Source of the DNA: Polymyxa betae A26-41
Taxonomy: Eukaryota > Protista > Endomyxa: Phytomyxea
Direction of reading: 5' to 3'
Length of the DNA: 64,000 bases
Assembly: GCA_003693705.1 (NCBI GenBank)
Contig: RBZT01000375.1
Coordinates: forward strand, 5,042-69,041
Notes under the pieces: generated by a model
Database searches by the model: none
What the model saw: only the letters and a program-made list of their open reading frames with translations
Told to the model about the DNA's origin: nothing
Made by a program: the position numbers and the translations under genes
In this document: piece after piece, positions 1 to 13,746 of the stretch
Position numbering within the stretch: position 1 is the stretch's first letter
Layout: the number at the start of each line of letters is the position of its first letter

Positions 1-147
1 GGCGATAAAGGGCCTGAGACAGGATGTAGCCCTACAGCTGGATCGAGTGCTGCCCGGTAGGCATTGTTCGGGCCAACATCCTTCACAATGGCTTTTTACC
101 AAGCTTTTTCCAATCGATTCGGGTACCAATCCGGCTGGCGGATTCAT
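1..147 (-). CDS. 5' part of a hypothetical gene running off the left edge
   Basis: ATG at 147 (minus) opens a stop-free frame MNPPAGLVPESIGKSLVKAIVKDVGPNNAYRAALDP... to the window edge; no homology recognised. Confidence 0.35.
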   Translation of the reverse strand, partial: MNPPAGLVPESIGKSLVKSHCEGCWPEQCLPGSTRSSCRATSCLRPFIA

Positions 148-842
148 TCCTCAAAGTGGATAAAGAAGCGGATTGCGATAAACTGAGGATTTTGCTGGAA
201 AACTAAATTGATAAATAAGTCATGATAATTTATATAGGAAATCGAAAATCAGTGGACAGGAATGGATTCGTTGGTAGAATAATCAATGATTAGATTGTTA
301 GAGATGGAAGGGTAATTGGTATTTTAAAAGATTCGACAACAACGTGCATTGATAATTTAATTCCTGAAATTTGGTGAAGAAGCGTGCTGATACAGAATCT
401 ATTCTGCAAAAACCGGCTCCCCGAAAGTCCAGGATTCCAAGCAAAGAACCCTAACCCTCAAACTAGGTGAAACCGAGGCATCAACTGACAATGGCATATG
501 TTTGAAACCAGCAAAATTGCTAGAAACCTTGCATTTCCCGGTTTAGATGATATGCACGAGAAATCAACAGCTTGGACTATCAATTACAGAATAAAGGCGC
601 GGATCTGCTTTCATATCGACACCGATTGTTATCAATATGCTACAGAAACTGGATCATTGAGATTTCGAAGAGTAATACACAAGGTAGTAACATTAGCTGA
701 TAGTGAGACGATGTTAAAAAGAGAATGCGACACCCCCAGTTGTATCCCCTTCATTTACCCATTAGAGCATGCAATCGTCAGACAGACGTTGGTAAACCTC
801 CTTGTCTTCATTAGATGGTCAGCGCCGGCAACAATCCCAAGA

Positions 843-3800
843 ATGTCCAGGAGCAGCAGCAGACCGAAACCAACCTCGGCCCATACGTAAGGCGTCCGCT
901 GCTCCTCTTTGGAAGATGTTAACCTCCATGGATAGCATCTGGGAGAATGCATAGGAAAAGGGGCTTTCGGTTCCGTTTATCGTGGTCTGCATATGCAAAC
1001 TGGAGTCACCGTGGCGATTAAAACAGTCAAACTCGATTCCATTCCAAAAGATGAATTATCTGCAATAGAGGTAATCAATCTCCTTCTCGAACTATATCGG
1101 TAATTTCATGCGTATTTTTTTAGATGGAAATTCAGCTGTTGAAAAAGCTCAAACATCCAAATATCGTCAAATATATTGATACGATCAGATCGGAGACCGC
1201 TCTGAATATCGTCATTGAGTATGTCGAGAACGGATCACTGGCCAGTCTCGTCAAGAAATTCGGCGGTGGATTTCCAGAAACGCTCGTTGCCATCTATATC
1301 TCGCAAGTTCTGAAAGGTCTCGACTATTTGCACTCCCAAGGTGTAATTCATCGGTTGGTAATACAATCGATATTGCTGGCTTATAATTGAACACCTCCAG
1401 GGATATTAAAGGTGCCAACATTCTTGCGACCAAAGAAGGACTGATTAAGCTTGCCGATTTCGGCGTTGCTACTAAGATTAACGATTCCCGAAAATCTGAT
1501 TCGGTTGTCGGAACGGTTAGCTTAGCTTACATGAAAATTGGTTGTTTTTGCTTATTATGCTTAGCCATATTGGATGGCCCCTGAAATTATTGAAATGTCT
1601 GGCTCCCAGAGTACATCATGTGATATCTGGTTCTTGAGCATTCATTGTGAAGTGATTGGTTTTTTATTGTCTTGAAGGAGTGTTGGATGTACCGTTATTG
1701 AGTTGTTAACCGGTTCGCCACCTTATTTTGATCTTCAACCAATGCCTGCCTTATTTCGAATAGTTCAAGATGAGCACCCTCCTTTGCCAGCAGGTTGCAT
1801 GTTTGATTAGCACCAGTTATTGCATGGCTTCTTATAGACAACACAGGAACATCTCCAGCTTTGGAGGACTTTTTGCTGTTATGTTTTCAGAAAGACCCAA
1901 GCATGCGAAGCAAAGCCGAAGATCTGTTGAAGCACCCATGGCTCAGGTTTGAGCGCTTTTCAATTAGACCCATTTGTGACAAAATGGCACGATTTAGGAG
2001 TCCACAACATTCCGAAATCATGAACGATGGGCAGATTTCTCGAGAAGACTCGAATGAAGTCGATGAAGTGGTTCAACAAACAATCCGACTATTCCAAGGA
2101 GATCTTCGCAAGCAAATGGAAGACGAGCAAACCAGGCAACAATCGGTAACCCTTTCAGTCAGTCCAAAAGCAAAAAGGCCGAATGAGCTGGATTTTAGGA
2201 AGACAGCAACGATGATTTTAGTTCAGAAGACTCCAATGATGAACCAGCTGAGGACTGGGATGCAGGTAAAATATCCGGTGTCGTCATCAGCAATTTCCGA
2301 TTTTCGCTCGTTAGAATTAGCATCGGAAGCAGCTGAAATCGAGGCCACCCCAACCGTTCGCATAAAGTCAGGCTTCATTCCACCTCAAATGGCACAAACC
2401 ATGATGGCGAAACAGGTAAACTGAATGTTTCTGCTCACTGATAAGTTCTTCATTATGTGAAGGTCCTGTCGAAGTTGGTTGATGACGGCCAAGAAATTGA
2501 TGATGGCTTTAGCGACATGTCCTCTACAGGTTTATAGGATCACTGTCGATGAGCTTTCAATAAGTTCTTTTTTCAGGCGCTGATGTCACTATTGGCGCAA
2601 CCGGTGCACAAATCCTTGATGGATGGGTCGAGACCGATGACGATGACGATTTCCTCGCAACTAACAGGAATAGCAATCAAAACTCGGTTGATGAAGACAG
2701 CGATGTTCTTGATATCGATTTAGAAATTGTCGAGAAACGACGCAATCGTAGAGGAGATTCCATGTCGTCTAGTGTTATTGATTAACCTTGTATCAGGTGT
2801 TTGGGATGCCAATGCTGAAGATACTCAGGATGCCTTCGCTGGGTTTGACGAGGTCGATCTCGTGGGAGATCAGGACGCGAAGCTTACCGAGGAAGTTCGT
2901 AATCTTCTACAGAGCCTGATTTCTGGCATTTCCTTAAAAACGACAAATGTTGTGTTATTGAATTCTCAGTTTCTGATCGTCTTATACTTTCTCTAGGTCT
3001 CGTCACTGATCGGCATCATCGAGTCATTACAATCAGTTTTCGAAAAACATCCAAATCAAATCGATTCTTTAGTTGTATCGCAAGGAGTGATTCCCCTACT
3101 GGAGATCATCGATGTCACTGAAGTACTCCATTTAAGGCTGCTTGTTTCTGTTTTAAGTCTCAATTTCAGGTTATATCCGGCAAATCGCGCCTAGTTCCTG
3201 AACGGGTGACCCTGCTCCGAGGTTTACTTGAACTGGTGTTGCAAATCATGGAAGAAAGTCCACGGGTTCAGCAATCGCTGTGCTTAGTCGGCATCATCCC
3301 CATCATTGTTCAACTGATTGATCGCAGGGTTTGCGTACTTTCCATCCGCGAAAATTGCTGAACAGTTTTTAGGTTCCACGTGCTCTTAGATTGCAATCAT
3401 CGCATTACGTTAGGTTGTTTTGTTCACCGACGCAAACAAAACAGGATGATAAGGTATCGAAAGAATGCATTTTTTTAAGCATCATATATATTTGGTCATA
3501 GAAAACAACTACTGTCTCGAACATGACCAGGCAAATCTTCATTGCATGTGGTGGCATCCATTCACTTGTCTCCTTGGTTACTCTAAATACTGAAATGGAT
3601 GAAAATTCAACAATATCGGAGCAGCTGGAGCTTGTGATGACAGGACTCGATTGCATTCAAATGGTCTTTGATACACCCACTAATCCCAAAAACGATTTCT
3701 GCAGGTAACGTAATTCCAAACTCTTTTTTAAAAATTGATCGATTATTAGGCTGTTCTGTAAAGCTGGCTTACTGAAACCGCTTCTGGAGACGCTGTACAA

Positions 3801-5218
3801 AATTGCAACGATTTCCCCACCAGTCCCAAACCATCCCGAAGTGATCCAAAGAATACTGAATGGTACCGCTCACTTGTGTTTCCAAGGGCAAATGTTAAGA
3901 TTAAGCAGTTGTTCTCATCTTCGGTGAGCGTGGAGATGGCGTTGTTAAGGGTTATCTTGCTAAAAGAAATGTGCTGGAAATTATGCTCAAATTGCTTGAT
4001 ATTGTTCCTGAATCCTCCGTTATTGTGATCTTGAAAATCATTCGACATATGACAATGGAAGTTGGTGGATGTACAGCCTTTTATCGACTTGTTCCTCAGC
4101 CTTTCTTAGGTTCAGGTTCGTGACGAGCTTGAAGCATGCGGTGCTATTCCAAAACTGATTCAATTTTTAAACACTCCAATAATCAGCTTTACTAATCAAA
4201 TACTTCCAGCAATGTATTATCTATTCAGGATCAAAGCGAGCCGGCAAGAACAGGTCATCGGGGATCCGGATAGCTTGATTTGCTTTTAAAATGATATTAT
4301 AGATGGCTCTTTGTGGCATTATACCTCTTTTGCAAAGGAACATTGCTGGAGACTCACACCTCAAGCAATTCGCTCTTCCCATGATTTGCAAGTTTGCTCA
4401 CACAAGTCCACGAGTCAGGCAAGAGTTAAAGAAGTATGCAGGCAAGTCAAACGGCTCTTAAAAGGCAATACACTGAATTTGTGTTCTAGGAATTCAGTTC
4501 TATTTAACATTATTGACGCAACCTTACTGGCAGATGCAGGTGAAGAATGTGCTTGGTCATTATCACGACATCTAATGCCTGAAATTGGCAGGCCATTGAT
4601 GCTATTTCAGTGTGGTTGGCTGACGAGAGTCGTCGCGTAGAAATGGTGCTGAAACAAAATCACAATATCCACAAGCTCATACAGGTGCTTTTCCAATAGC
4701 TCATGCCTATCGCTGACAAAATTTATAGCTTTTTATTGAATCGGATGAAAACGTAATTGGAAACATCCTGAGATCATTATCGAAAATTATCGCTCTGAGT
4801 CCAACAGTTAATAGCGCTTTAGGACAGGTGAGATGTCCTAACAAATGGTTCCGAATGCCAACATTAAATGATTTTAACAGTCTGGAACATTCCTCGAGCA
4901 GATTGTTTATAGATTGGCTACCAGTAAGCCTATCATACAAAAACCGTTGCTGATGATGGTTCGGCTTTTATTTGAAAGGTACACTCCCGTTGAAGGTAAT
5001 TGCAGGTGTTATTTCTCTGCATATCAATTCATGCTGGTTCTTTAGATCCTTCGTATGGTAGGCGGACTGTCAGGAGCAAAGATTTTCCCAATCCGATGGG
5101 ATCAAAACAGGGTCTCGAAAAGATTTTAAGACAATTGGCTAAAGAGGACGGCGCTGTGCTCGTACAAGATTTAGCATTGAACCTAATCAAAGACTTTTAT
5201 GGTGACATAGAGAAATAA
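843..5218 (+). CDS. Ser/Thr kinase, Cdc15/Cdc7(SIN)/SepA/MAP3K-epsilon type, with C-terminal ARM-like helical region; many introns
   Basis: Spliced exons give [69 protein letters not shown], then an acidic linker and helical motifs typical of this family ([22 protein letters not shown]). Confidence 0.9.
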
Positions 5219-5332
5219 GTATTTATGTGTATTTTCTGTCGATTATCGGCTGTCGGCAAAGAACTGGTTTACAACCGGTTAAACTAATTCAGGATTCAGA
5301 TTGATATGTTTATGAGAATTACACCAATCTTA

Positions 5333-7613
5333 CTAACGTTTTCTTCGGTGCTTTTTTATTTCTAACTGAATAATGTTCACCGTTCTGAGGAGATTCTGGA
5401 GAATAGTGTCGTCAGCATATTGTTGTACTCCAAGTTCCTTCATGATTTCCCCAAAATCATCTTCACTGTAAGGCTTACATAATGCTGTTGATAAAGTATT
5501 CATTATTTCTTGCTCGTCCGTGTTACGCTCATAAACGAATTTCTTATGATGGTCAGTAGAAACTGTAGAATTTTCGCAGTGCTGTTGTATATCTGTGATC
5601 TCATGCTTTTTGCTGGGACGGTTCGGATATGAGGGAATCCACTTAATCAGCTCCTCGGATTGGAAATGACACTCCACATTTCCCTGCGTTTTGCTCGAAT
5701 TGTCGCGACCAAAACTATCCACCTGATTCATTTCTTCAGATTGGTGATAATTTTCATTTCCCTCGGGATTTGACAATTCAGCAGCTGAGCAAGTATTTAG
5801 CCTCTCATAACCAATGACAGGCAATGTATCAATGGTGGCGGTGGTCAAATCTGAATTCAGGTTGTCTTCAGATTCCTGAGGTCCATTACTTCGCAATGGA
5901 ATGTTAAACATTGAGGACGATACCCCAAAGAGATCGTCAGGTGAACGAAACAGCAAATCCACGGTCTATACGAATAATTAGATTCAGAGCAACAGAAACG
6001 CGGTTGAAGTTGTTACCTGGTTAATGTCGTCCCCAACACGATTGAATGTAGTATTCAGATGCTCAGCTTCCGAAGCATCGACAGTATCCGTATTCGTTGT
6101 TGCCTCCTGCAGCCCCTGCTGATCGGTTTGGCATTCAGCATCGCGTGATTCCATCTGCGTTGTTATCACACAAGTCATGCCATGTTCAGTTTGAATCTCT
6201 TCGGAAATGGTGTGATGATCAGTTTGAACTTTTGAAATCCGATGATGTTGAATCAATTCATCTGTAGCCTTACTATTAATTAAAGACCCGTTTTCAGACA
6301 TACAAGAAATGCCAAAGGATGCAAAGCCTGGCTCGTTTGCTGTTATCGAAGATGTTCGTTGCACGAATGGGGAACATGTTTCTGGAATGTTGAATAAATC
6401 GCTCTCATTAGACATGCACTTGCTATTGAACGAAGTCGGAGTCGGCCTTTGTGAATCGGATAATCCTCGCTGAATCCTCCATTGTTCAAGCAGATCTTCC
6501 ACTTCATCGTCTTCGACCTCGTCGTTCCCCAAAAGTTGAGCGAATTCCATTAGCTTTTCACTTGCCCACTCCCTGTCAGATGAAGGCGGTCTGACACCAA
6601 CAGTGCCCTCCGGTGATAGTCCCAGATGAGTTGCAGAAACCCATTGTTTAACGGGTATGATATTCTCTGCAGAATAAGGGTTTCGTGGACTGGAATGAAG
6701 CTGATCTCCAATCAGAGGGTAAACGTTTTCTGGTTCTGGTGTTAAAGAATGCACAAGTTTGTTGGCGTTGGGTTCAGTCTTATGTATGACTGTCGGAGGG
6801 AAACGATCTGGACTTGTGGACATTTCTTTGCGCTCCTTCTGTGGAGCCTTGGAAATTATTGAGCTGAAAATCTCGCTTAATGAATGGCCGTTTTCTTGAA
6901 CTGCAAACTCCTTATTAGCAGCAACATTTTCAGCAATCAATGGGGTTTCTGCAAGCTCGGAGCTCTGGCCCTCGACGTTCTTCGAATTAAAGCTAACGTA
7001 GTCTTGAGGATTGCTTGACGTCGCATTTATAGACTCTGACGAGCATTTTCCACCAATTTCCTCTATTGTTGAGCTATCCACATTCAGGATCTTTGTATTG
7101 GCGTCATTGTTTTGCGGTTGTTCGTTTTCGTCATGATAATTAACATTCCGCTGAGCATCATTACTGCTCAGCACGCTCTGATGATCGCCTGTCACGATAT
7201 CAAAATTAGAGTCATGTTTTAGAGCCGTTTACTTTCAATCTTAGGGCAAATCCACCAGAACGGTTGACTGTTAGATATCGATTTCCTACGGTCGTTTCGG
7301 CTTGTAGGAGGTGCTTTTCTGAACCGATCAATCAGTGTAGCAATCGACGATGAATGCCCTAGCAGTTAATTCGGCAGAGTATTCCCACACCAATAAAGTC
7401 ATTACCTTCCTGATGGATTTCTGATGGAGCATCTTTGCTTAGTTGGCCATGAGTTAGTCCTAGTCCAGACTTCGTTTGTGACGAACTGGCCTGTCTTATA
7501 TTGTAATGGGGCATGAGATTTGACGCTCTCGCATGATGATTAGCGCGATGGCTGTGATGATTAGAAGTTTTAGTCGGTCTGTTATGCAGAATGGCCTTAG
7601 CTGCTACAACCAT
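5333..7613 (-). CDS. PROSER3-like low-complexity protein (about 4 exons; start at 7613 or 7514)
   Basis: GT-AG splicing joins ORF 7359-7622, a small exon (IDRFRKAPPTSRNDR...FWW), 5984-7195 (DLLEQWRIQR) and 5333-5962 (YADDTILQNL) in frame; the three motifs resemble conserved blocks I recall from PROSER3. Confidence 0.6.
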
Positions 7614-8031
7614 AGGGCACACATCAGTCCAATACTATTTATCAAAAGGACGGGAGTGACCTCCACTTGTTAACCAAAGTAACGTGACATATATCTACCT
7701 GGATCCATTCTATGTACCAGAAATTGAATATTACAAAGTAAAAGACACAGTAATTTAAGATATCCAGCGTTCTCAACTACCGGAATTTCAAATAAATGGC
7801 CCCGATCAATCAACACTGAAATGACACCCTTTGATGTTAATTTCATCGCCTTGTGCCGAGTGATGAGTCGTCGATGCAATGGGTTTAGTTTTCTGTAATT
7901 CTATGAAGTGACAACGATAGGCTTTAGCATTAAAAATTGGACTTTAGTGTTTAACTAAGATTTTAACTTCGGTAACTCTCCATGGCTTCTATTGCAATCT
8001 TAATAATAATGGCAAGGAAGTGCACGAAGTT

Positions 8032-11000
8032 TTACCTAGATAGCTGCCTGCGAGCTTGACGCTCGGGAGGCGTTCTTGTAATTCGAACATGGTTACTGGG
8101 AGCATATCCCTGCGAAGCAATCATATCAATGAAACTGTCTAACTCCGGCACTAAACATGCTTAACCAATTTTCCATTGAAATCTACTTGCAGCCATCCAT
8201 CAGGAAGCTTCTTTAATATTATCATCAGGTCCCCTTTCTGAAATGATACTTCAGATGGATCGGCTGCTGAAAACGGATATAATCCGATAGCGTATTCCGC
8301 TGAACTATTGACTGATGTTGTCGGGCTGCTCATCTGTGAAAGAGCAATGCCAGGATCTGCGAATATATCAATATGTTGCAGAAACAAGGTTATTGACTTT
8401 ACTTAAGCTTGGCTTTCGCTCGTGTTGTGAAGGGCCTGATTTCTGTAACAGTTCATCCTGCTTCTTTTGGATTTGGTTAACAGAAACCGTCGGTACATTA
8501 CCAATATGAAGCTGGAAACTCACAATCAATGCTCTACACTTGAGTAGATTACAATTAATACCATCAGTATTTGCCCTACAAGCTGTAGTTGCATTTCATC
8601 TTCAAGTTTCGGATCAGGTTCCACAACAACTCGTCTTCATAGCATTAAACGAAAAATTATCGAAACAAAAAACTTAGCTTACTTTCTTTGTTTCAACTTC
8701 GTCGAATAATCTAGCTGTTGTGTAAAGTTTAAAGGCAGAGGCTTAAGCAGTAGAGCAACTTGATCGTATAAAGCGGTGACAAGTTCTGTTTTCCGTTCGC
8801 AGATATAGACATAATCGTATTCGTTTGCAACATGAATGACAATTAAGTTGTCGGCATAGGGACTCATGCTAACCTCTGACTGAAACCATTACTGCCTAGT
8901 AGTATTGAATTTGGCAACCGATAATGTACCGTTAATGCAGGACAACGGGATTTTCCTCTTCAGCTTGTTTTTCGAAGTCAGACTAAACAGGAAGTTTTCG
9001 GTCAACAACACGTGCCGGTTTTGAGTCTTATATCGCCGGTTGATCTTTAAAACCTTATCAAAAAATAGAATCCGGCTTTCGCCATGCTTTGCCAACAAAG
9101 CTTGGACAGTAACCGATGAAGCACCGCCTTCATAATCTAAGTCTTTTGGTCAGAGCCATCAGTAAACATTGGAAAAGCGAGACCTCCAAAATAGCTGCGA
9201 TTGAACGATTGCACGCGGCGAAGCTTTCTGTTTCCAAATAATCCGATAGCTCGTTCTTTCAACTCCTTATAATATTTTCGGGCCATATAAGACCGATATA
9301 TCTAGTATGCATTAAGCAACTCTCAAACCAATATCTAGCACTGTGTACCTTCTGAATCATAGTCGCAAGATCGTGGAGGCGACGTGATCGGAGTTCCTCA
9401 AGCGAGAATAGCGATAACGGCTCGCGAATGAAGACTTTCGTCTTTCCCATCAAATACTGCGAGTTTTCGTTGATGTTCATTGCTACAAAAATTTGAACAC
9501 ATTGTAATGAAACAATCATTGTTGGATATACACCTTGAAGAATTACTCGAGTACCTTCATCTGGCTTGCCAGTCCAGATTGGCCAGGTCTTTGGAGTCAG
9601 CATTTTGTAACTATGTTTTCAGCGATTTAGATTCTCAGAGGAAAAGGTTCCAGCGGCGTACCGGCTGACGAAACGGTCATATTCCAAGCGATATGCAAAC
9701 CCAGCGCGACGAACGCGAACGTTCTCTAGAAGTCCTAGATATTTAATCTGATGCCTGACCATTGCTTCATCAACATATCCAGCGCGTTTTTCATCATTTG
9801 GCTTGATACAGCGGATGTAGCGAGGTTGGCAACTGTTTAGCTTGTCTGACAGCTGGTTAACCTGCAATTTAAACTGGGTTCCTGCCTAAAACGTTTTATG
9901 AAAAAATGAACAAAGTGAACGTGTCCATACAGTTAGTGGTCGCTTCTGATTCACATCAGCCACTTTTGGGAACATTTCTCGCATAATTTCTAGTTTGGAT
10001 GCTTCGCCGAGTTCCAGTAGATCAGGCCAAACAAGATCCTACATATGCGGTAGTTAAGGACCTCTCTAGAGACGTTGATTGCGAACCTTGTTTTTAACAA
10101 TAAAGAGTTCAGCGTCGTAGGTCACCTTGCCAGCATAATGGGCAATGGTGAATACTTTTCCTAGCTATATACACTATTGAGAATATACGATGTCATCTTA
10201 ATTCAAAATGCACCTGTTTAGGTATGAACAGGTGGTCATGGTTTGCAAATGCGTCGCCAAGTGAGGCTATAAAACTGGCAACATCTCCTTTGGGAATTAC
10301 ACAGGCCTCGTCTAGAAAGGCAAGTATACCTGATCAAATATATCACATCGGTAATCAAAACCTTACGTTAACCCTGACCGTAGGGTTTTTTCTCAATTAA
10401 ATCAACAACAATTTTGTTGTCGTAGAAATCAATGTGTTGCCAAGAGATACCTAGTTTATCTAAGAATTCCGACCTAAGCTGCAGACGACTAGATGTACCT
10501 TCAGCATCGTACTCTTGCTGTTCTGCTTGAAGAGTTCGTGCAATGAAAACCTAATTTCGTCAACTCGGTAGTCCATAACAAGTGAAAAAGCCACCTGCTG
10601 CAATTTCTCATTGGCGTAATTGATGCATAACTACATAGCAGCTAAGTGGTATAGTCGGGGATTGCAGACGAAGCGGATCGTACTTGTTCAAAGCTGTTGT
10701 TCTTGAAGATCTCAAAGCCTAGGATTGATAAGCAACAAATTACACGACGAGCAATCTGACTCACCATAGATATCCAAAATGCCGATTTTTGCGACGATAT
10801 CAGAGTGCTTCGGGGCGATTGTCTTGTTGATTCTTTCAATGATCCACTGAAACAAGCGATCGTATACAAGCTTGGCAAAAGCATCTCGAGTAAAATGGCC
10901 TAAATGAGTATCAGCGTCGTGTTTGGCTCTGGCAAAATACGTCACCTTGGTCGAGTTCCAAAGGTTTCAAAATCGATGCTTGTCGGCCAGCATTCACGGA

Positions 11001-12316
11001 TCGGAACAACAAAGCTGATCTTGAATATAGATTAAACGAAAGCGAAGCATAGTTGTACAATCTGACCTCAAACGCTCCTCTTCACATTCCAGCAGTTTGC
11101 TCACCTTGGATAATGCGTCGTCTGTACTGATGGTGATCGCCTCACCCTCCTTCTTATATTCTATCTGACCGATCCACAAAATTGCACTACAAAGATGTTA
11201 GCGAAATGGCAATAGGAACATACAATTTATATAAACAACCCAAAATGAAAATTCAGTTAGTGGACCTTATGATTCGAAGGATATCGCTGACAATTTGCGG
11301 CTGAATGTCCATGGCAGCGAGACTTCCTGCGAACCAGAGCCTTGTCACTTTCAACACAGAACCGGAAAAAATTGGTACCCAACGTATTCTTGAATTCATC
11401 TCTGTCATTCATTCCTTTGATTTCGGTGCAGCCAGAATGAAGGTAATGGTAATATTCAGGAGCCTCAAGAAAATATTGCGATTTGACATTAGCATTGGCT
11501 CCTCGAGTTAATTGATAGAATATATGAAAATTTCTTTCACCTGTAGCCGAATTTTCTGAATGGCACGCACGTAACCAGAAATCTACAAACCTTCACCTGT
11601 CTGTACCACTCGTGATTTTTCCAACAAAAAGTTAGAAACTGTTCCGCCAATAGGATCACTTTGATAATTGAAGGATATCTGCTTGAGTCAGCAGCAGTCA
11701 AAATTAAGGTCTGCAACATACCTCCATGTATTTTCCAAACCGGGAAGAATTTGAATTTCGTCGTGTAGATGCGTTTCCGAAAGCTTCTAACACGGCCGAA
11801 GTTTGGAGAAGTTGATCTTTGATTTGTTGGATATCGCTTAAATCTGAAGAAACAGCAGCAATATACTATACAGCAAACAATCAGTTTAAATCAGCACAGC
11901 AATTTGTCAGCAACCTGCATGAATAATTTGGAAGCTTCCGTTTTTCCAGCGCCACTTTCGCCTGAAATAATGACACATTGGTTGATGTGTTGACTCCGAA
12001 TTGCAGCAATGTTTTGCTCAGCTATCGCATAAATATGTGGTGGATGCTCGTAAATATATCTACCAATTTTGATGAAACAAGTCCAAATAGTTTGATCCTA
12101 TTACCTGTCACGATATTTGTTTAAATAAGCTTCCCCATATATACTGAGGGATTTGAACGGATTTACACTTAGTAAAACATTTCCTATATAAGTATAGATA
12201 TCATTAGCAGCATATCGCGATGTCAAAGCATTCAGAATGCCATCTTCGTCGACATTTTGCAACAAGACCAAATCATGTACAGCCTGTTTCGAATACAAAT
12301 GGACCGATGAAGCCAT
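8032..12316 (-). CDS. Class I myosin (motor, IQ, TH1, C-terminal SH3)
   Basis: DLVLL..IYTYIG.VL.SVNPF, P-loop [56 protein letters not shown]1 ([16 protein letters not shown]), SH3 ([28 protein letters not shown]). Confidence 0.95.
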
Positions 12317-12875
12317 GTCGGTCTCTGATTCGCTCGGATCTGAGACCAACTGATAATCGGGCTCGATTACGTCGATTCGAGAAGAGCACGGATCTGTGAC
12401 TGATGCTCGAATCCATTCGATAGCGCCCATGACATGACTGAATATCAGTTTATGTTGACTGCACGAGGGGCACCACTGCGTTAAGTCTGCGTTAGATAAC
12501 CACTCATCTGAATAACGTTAAGCATTTCTATATGTGTTCTCTAGTATGAAGTCGGTTTGTTATGTTACTGTCCCATAAATCAAGAACAGATCTCACTGTT
12601 ATTTACGAATCGTTTACTTGACAGGGATATGCAACGACGATCGGCTATTTAGTGATTTCGATTGTAAAAGAAAAGCTTTTGAAGAACTAATTTATTGCGT
12701 TGAATTTTGTTCGAAATTTAAGGCATCAAAAGTGCTGCAAGTGGTTGCTATCAATGATTGTGAAACAGGACACAACCGTCCGGCAAGTTTGAAGATATTC
12801 ATCAAGAGACAAACTCCATCGCCGGCTTCGTGGCCGAGCCCTTCCGTTCCGACCGACCAGAATCATAGTTTTGAA

Positions 12876-13301
12876 ATGGATCTAAAACGCCTTGCTTTAG
12901 TTTTATGTTTAGTGGCTGTCTTCATGGCCTTTCTGGTCCAAAGTCAACAAGACCAGTCTGACGAGAACCAGACTGAATCTCCAACACAAAATGGAGTCCA
13001 GCCGCAATCACAGCAGAAGTTCGGCAGCAAGCAGTCGAAGTTCAAATGCTACAAGCGATGCATGAAAAGATGCAAGAATTACTGTTCTAAAAAATACTTG
13101 GGAAGCGGCAAAGGAGGCGGAAGAATGATAGCACAGCAAGAGGGCGACGACGACCAAACTCAGGGAGGTGGTGATCAACAAGGAGGTGACGTTCAGGAGC
13201 AACAGCAAATGAGGGGTAAAGGAAAGGGCCAAAAATACCGTGTCTGCTATCAACGTTACTGCCCGAAGCATTGCAAGCGACAATGTCACTACGATTCATA
13301 A
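12876..13301 (+). CDS. Small secreted Cys-rich protein (141 aa), candidate effector or peptide precursor
   Basis: Intronless ORF; hydrophobic N-terminus MDLKRLALVLCLVAVFMAFLVQS; two basic 4-Cys modules separated by Q/G/D-rich spacers. Confidence 0.8.
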   Translation: MDLKRLALVLCLVAVFMAFLVQSQQDQSDENQTESPTQNGVQPQSQQKFGSKQSKFKCYKRCMKRCKNYCSKKYLGSGKGGGRMIAQQEGDDDQTQGGGDQQGGDVQEQQQMRGKGKGQKYRVCYQRYCPKHCKRQCHYDS

Positions 13302-13746
13302 GCAAGGCTTCATTCTGCTGTCCGTAATAAAGTGTGAATTGTGTCGATCGTCAGTTATCAACGCCGAGCTTCCAGAAAATCCTGTTGCTGCGGAAATGTC
13401 CAATCTGATACGACCACGACATCGTCATGGTATAGAATAATCGTCCGATATTTTACGGCAGTTATCCTAGAATGCAAAGATGGTACACAATCACAAAGCC
13501 AAGGCCAAACCAGATTCGCGGCGCAAGACCACCCTCTTGCTTACCAATCAGGGTATCGGATCGTAACAGATCTTTTGCTTCCAACGGTATTGTCAGGAAC
13601 TTGAGCGATCGTTCGCTCTAAGCAAACACATACTTCTACCACTTCTGCGTGAGGATGTCTCAAATTGTGATGATTATGTTACAGGTAGATTGCGCCGGTT
13701 TGGCTGCGCTGATCATTAAGGTGTCCTGCATTATTTCGTTGCGGTC

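Noticed and set aside
12618-12875. N-terminal extension of the 227-aa ORF
   Set aside because: Starts at TTG; the ATG at 12876 directly precedes a signal peptide and is the better start
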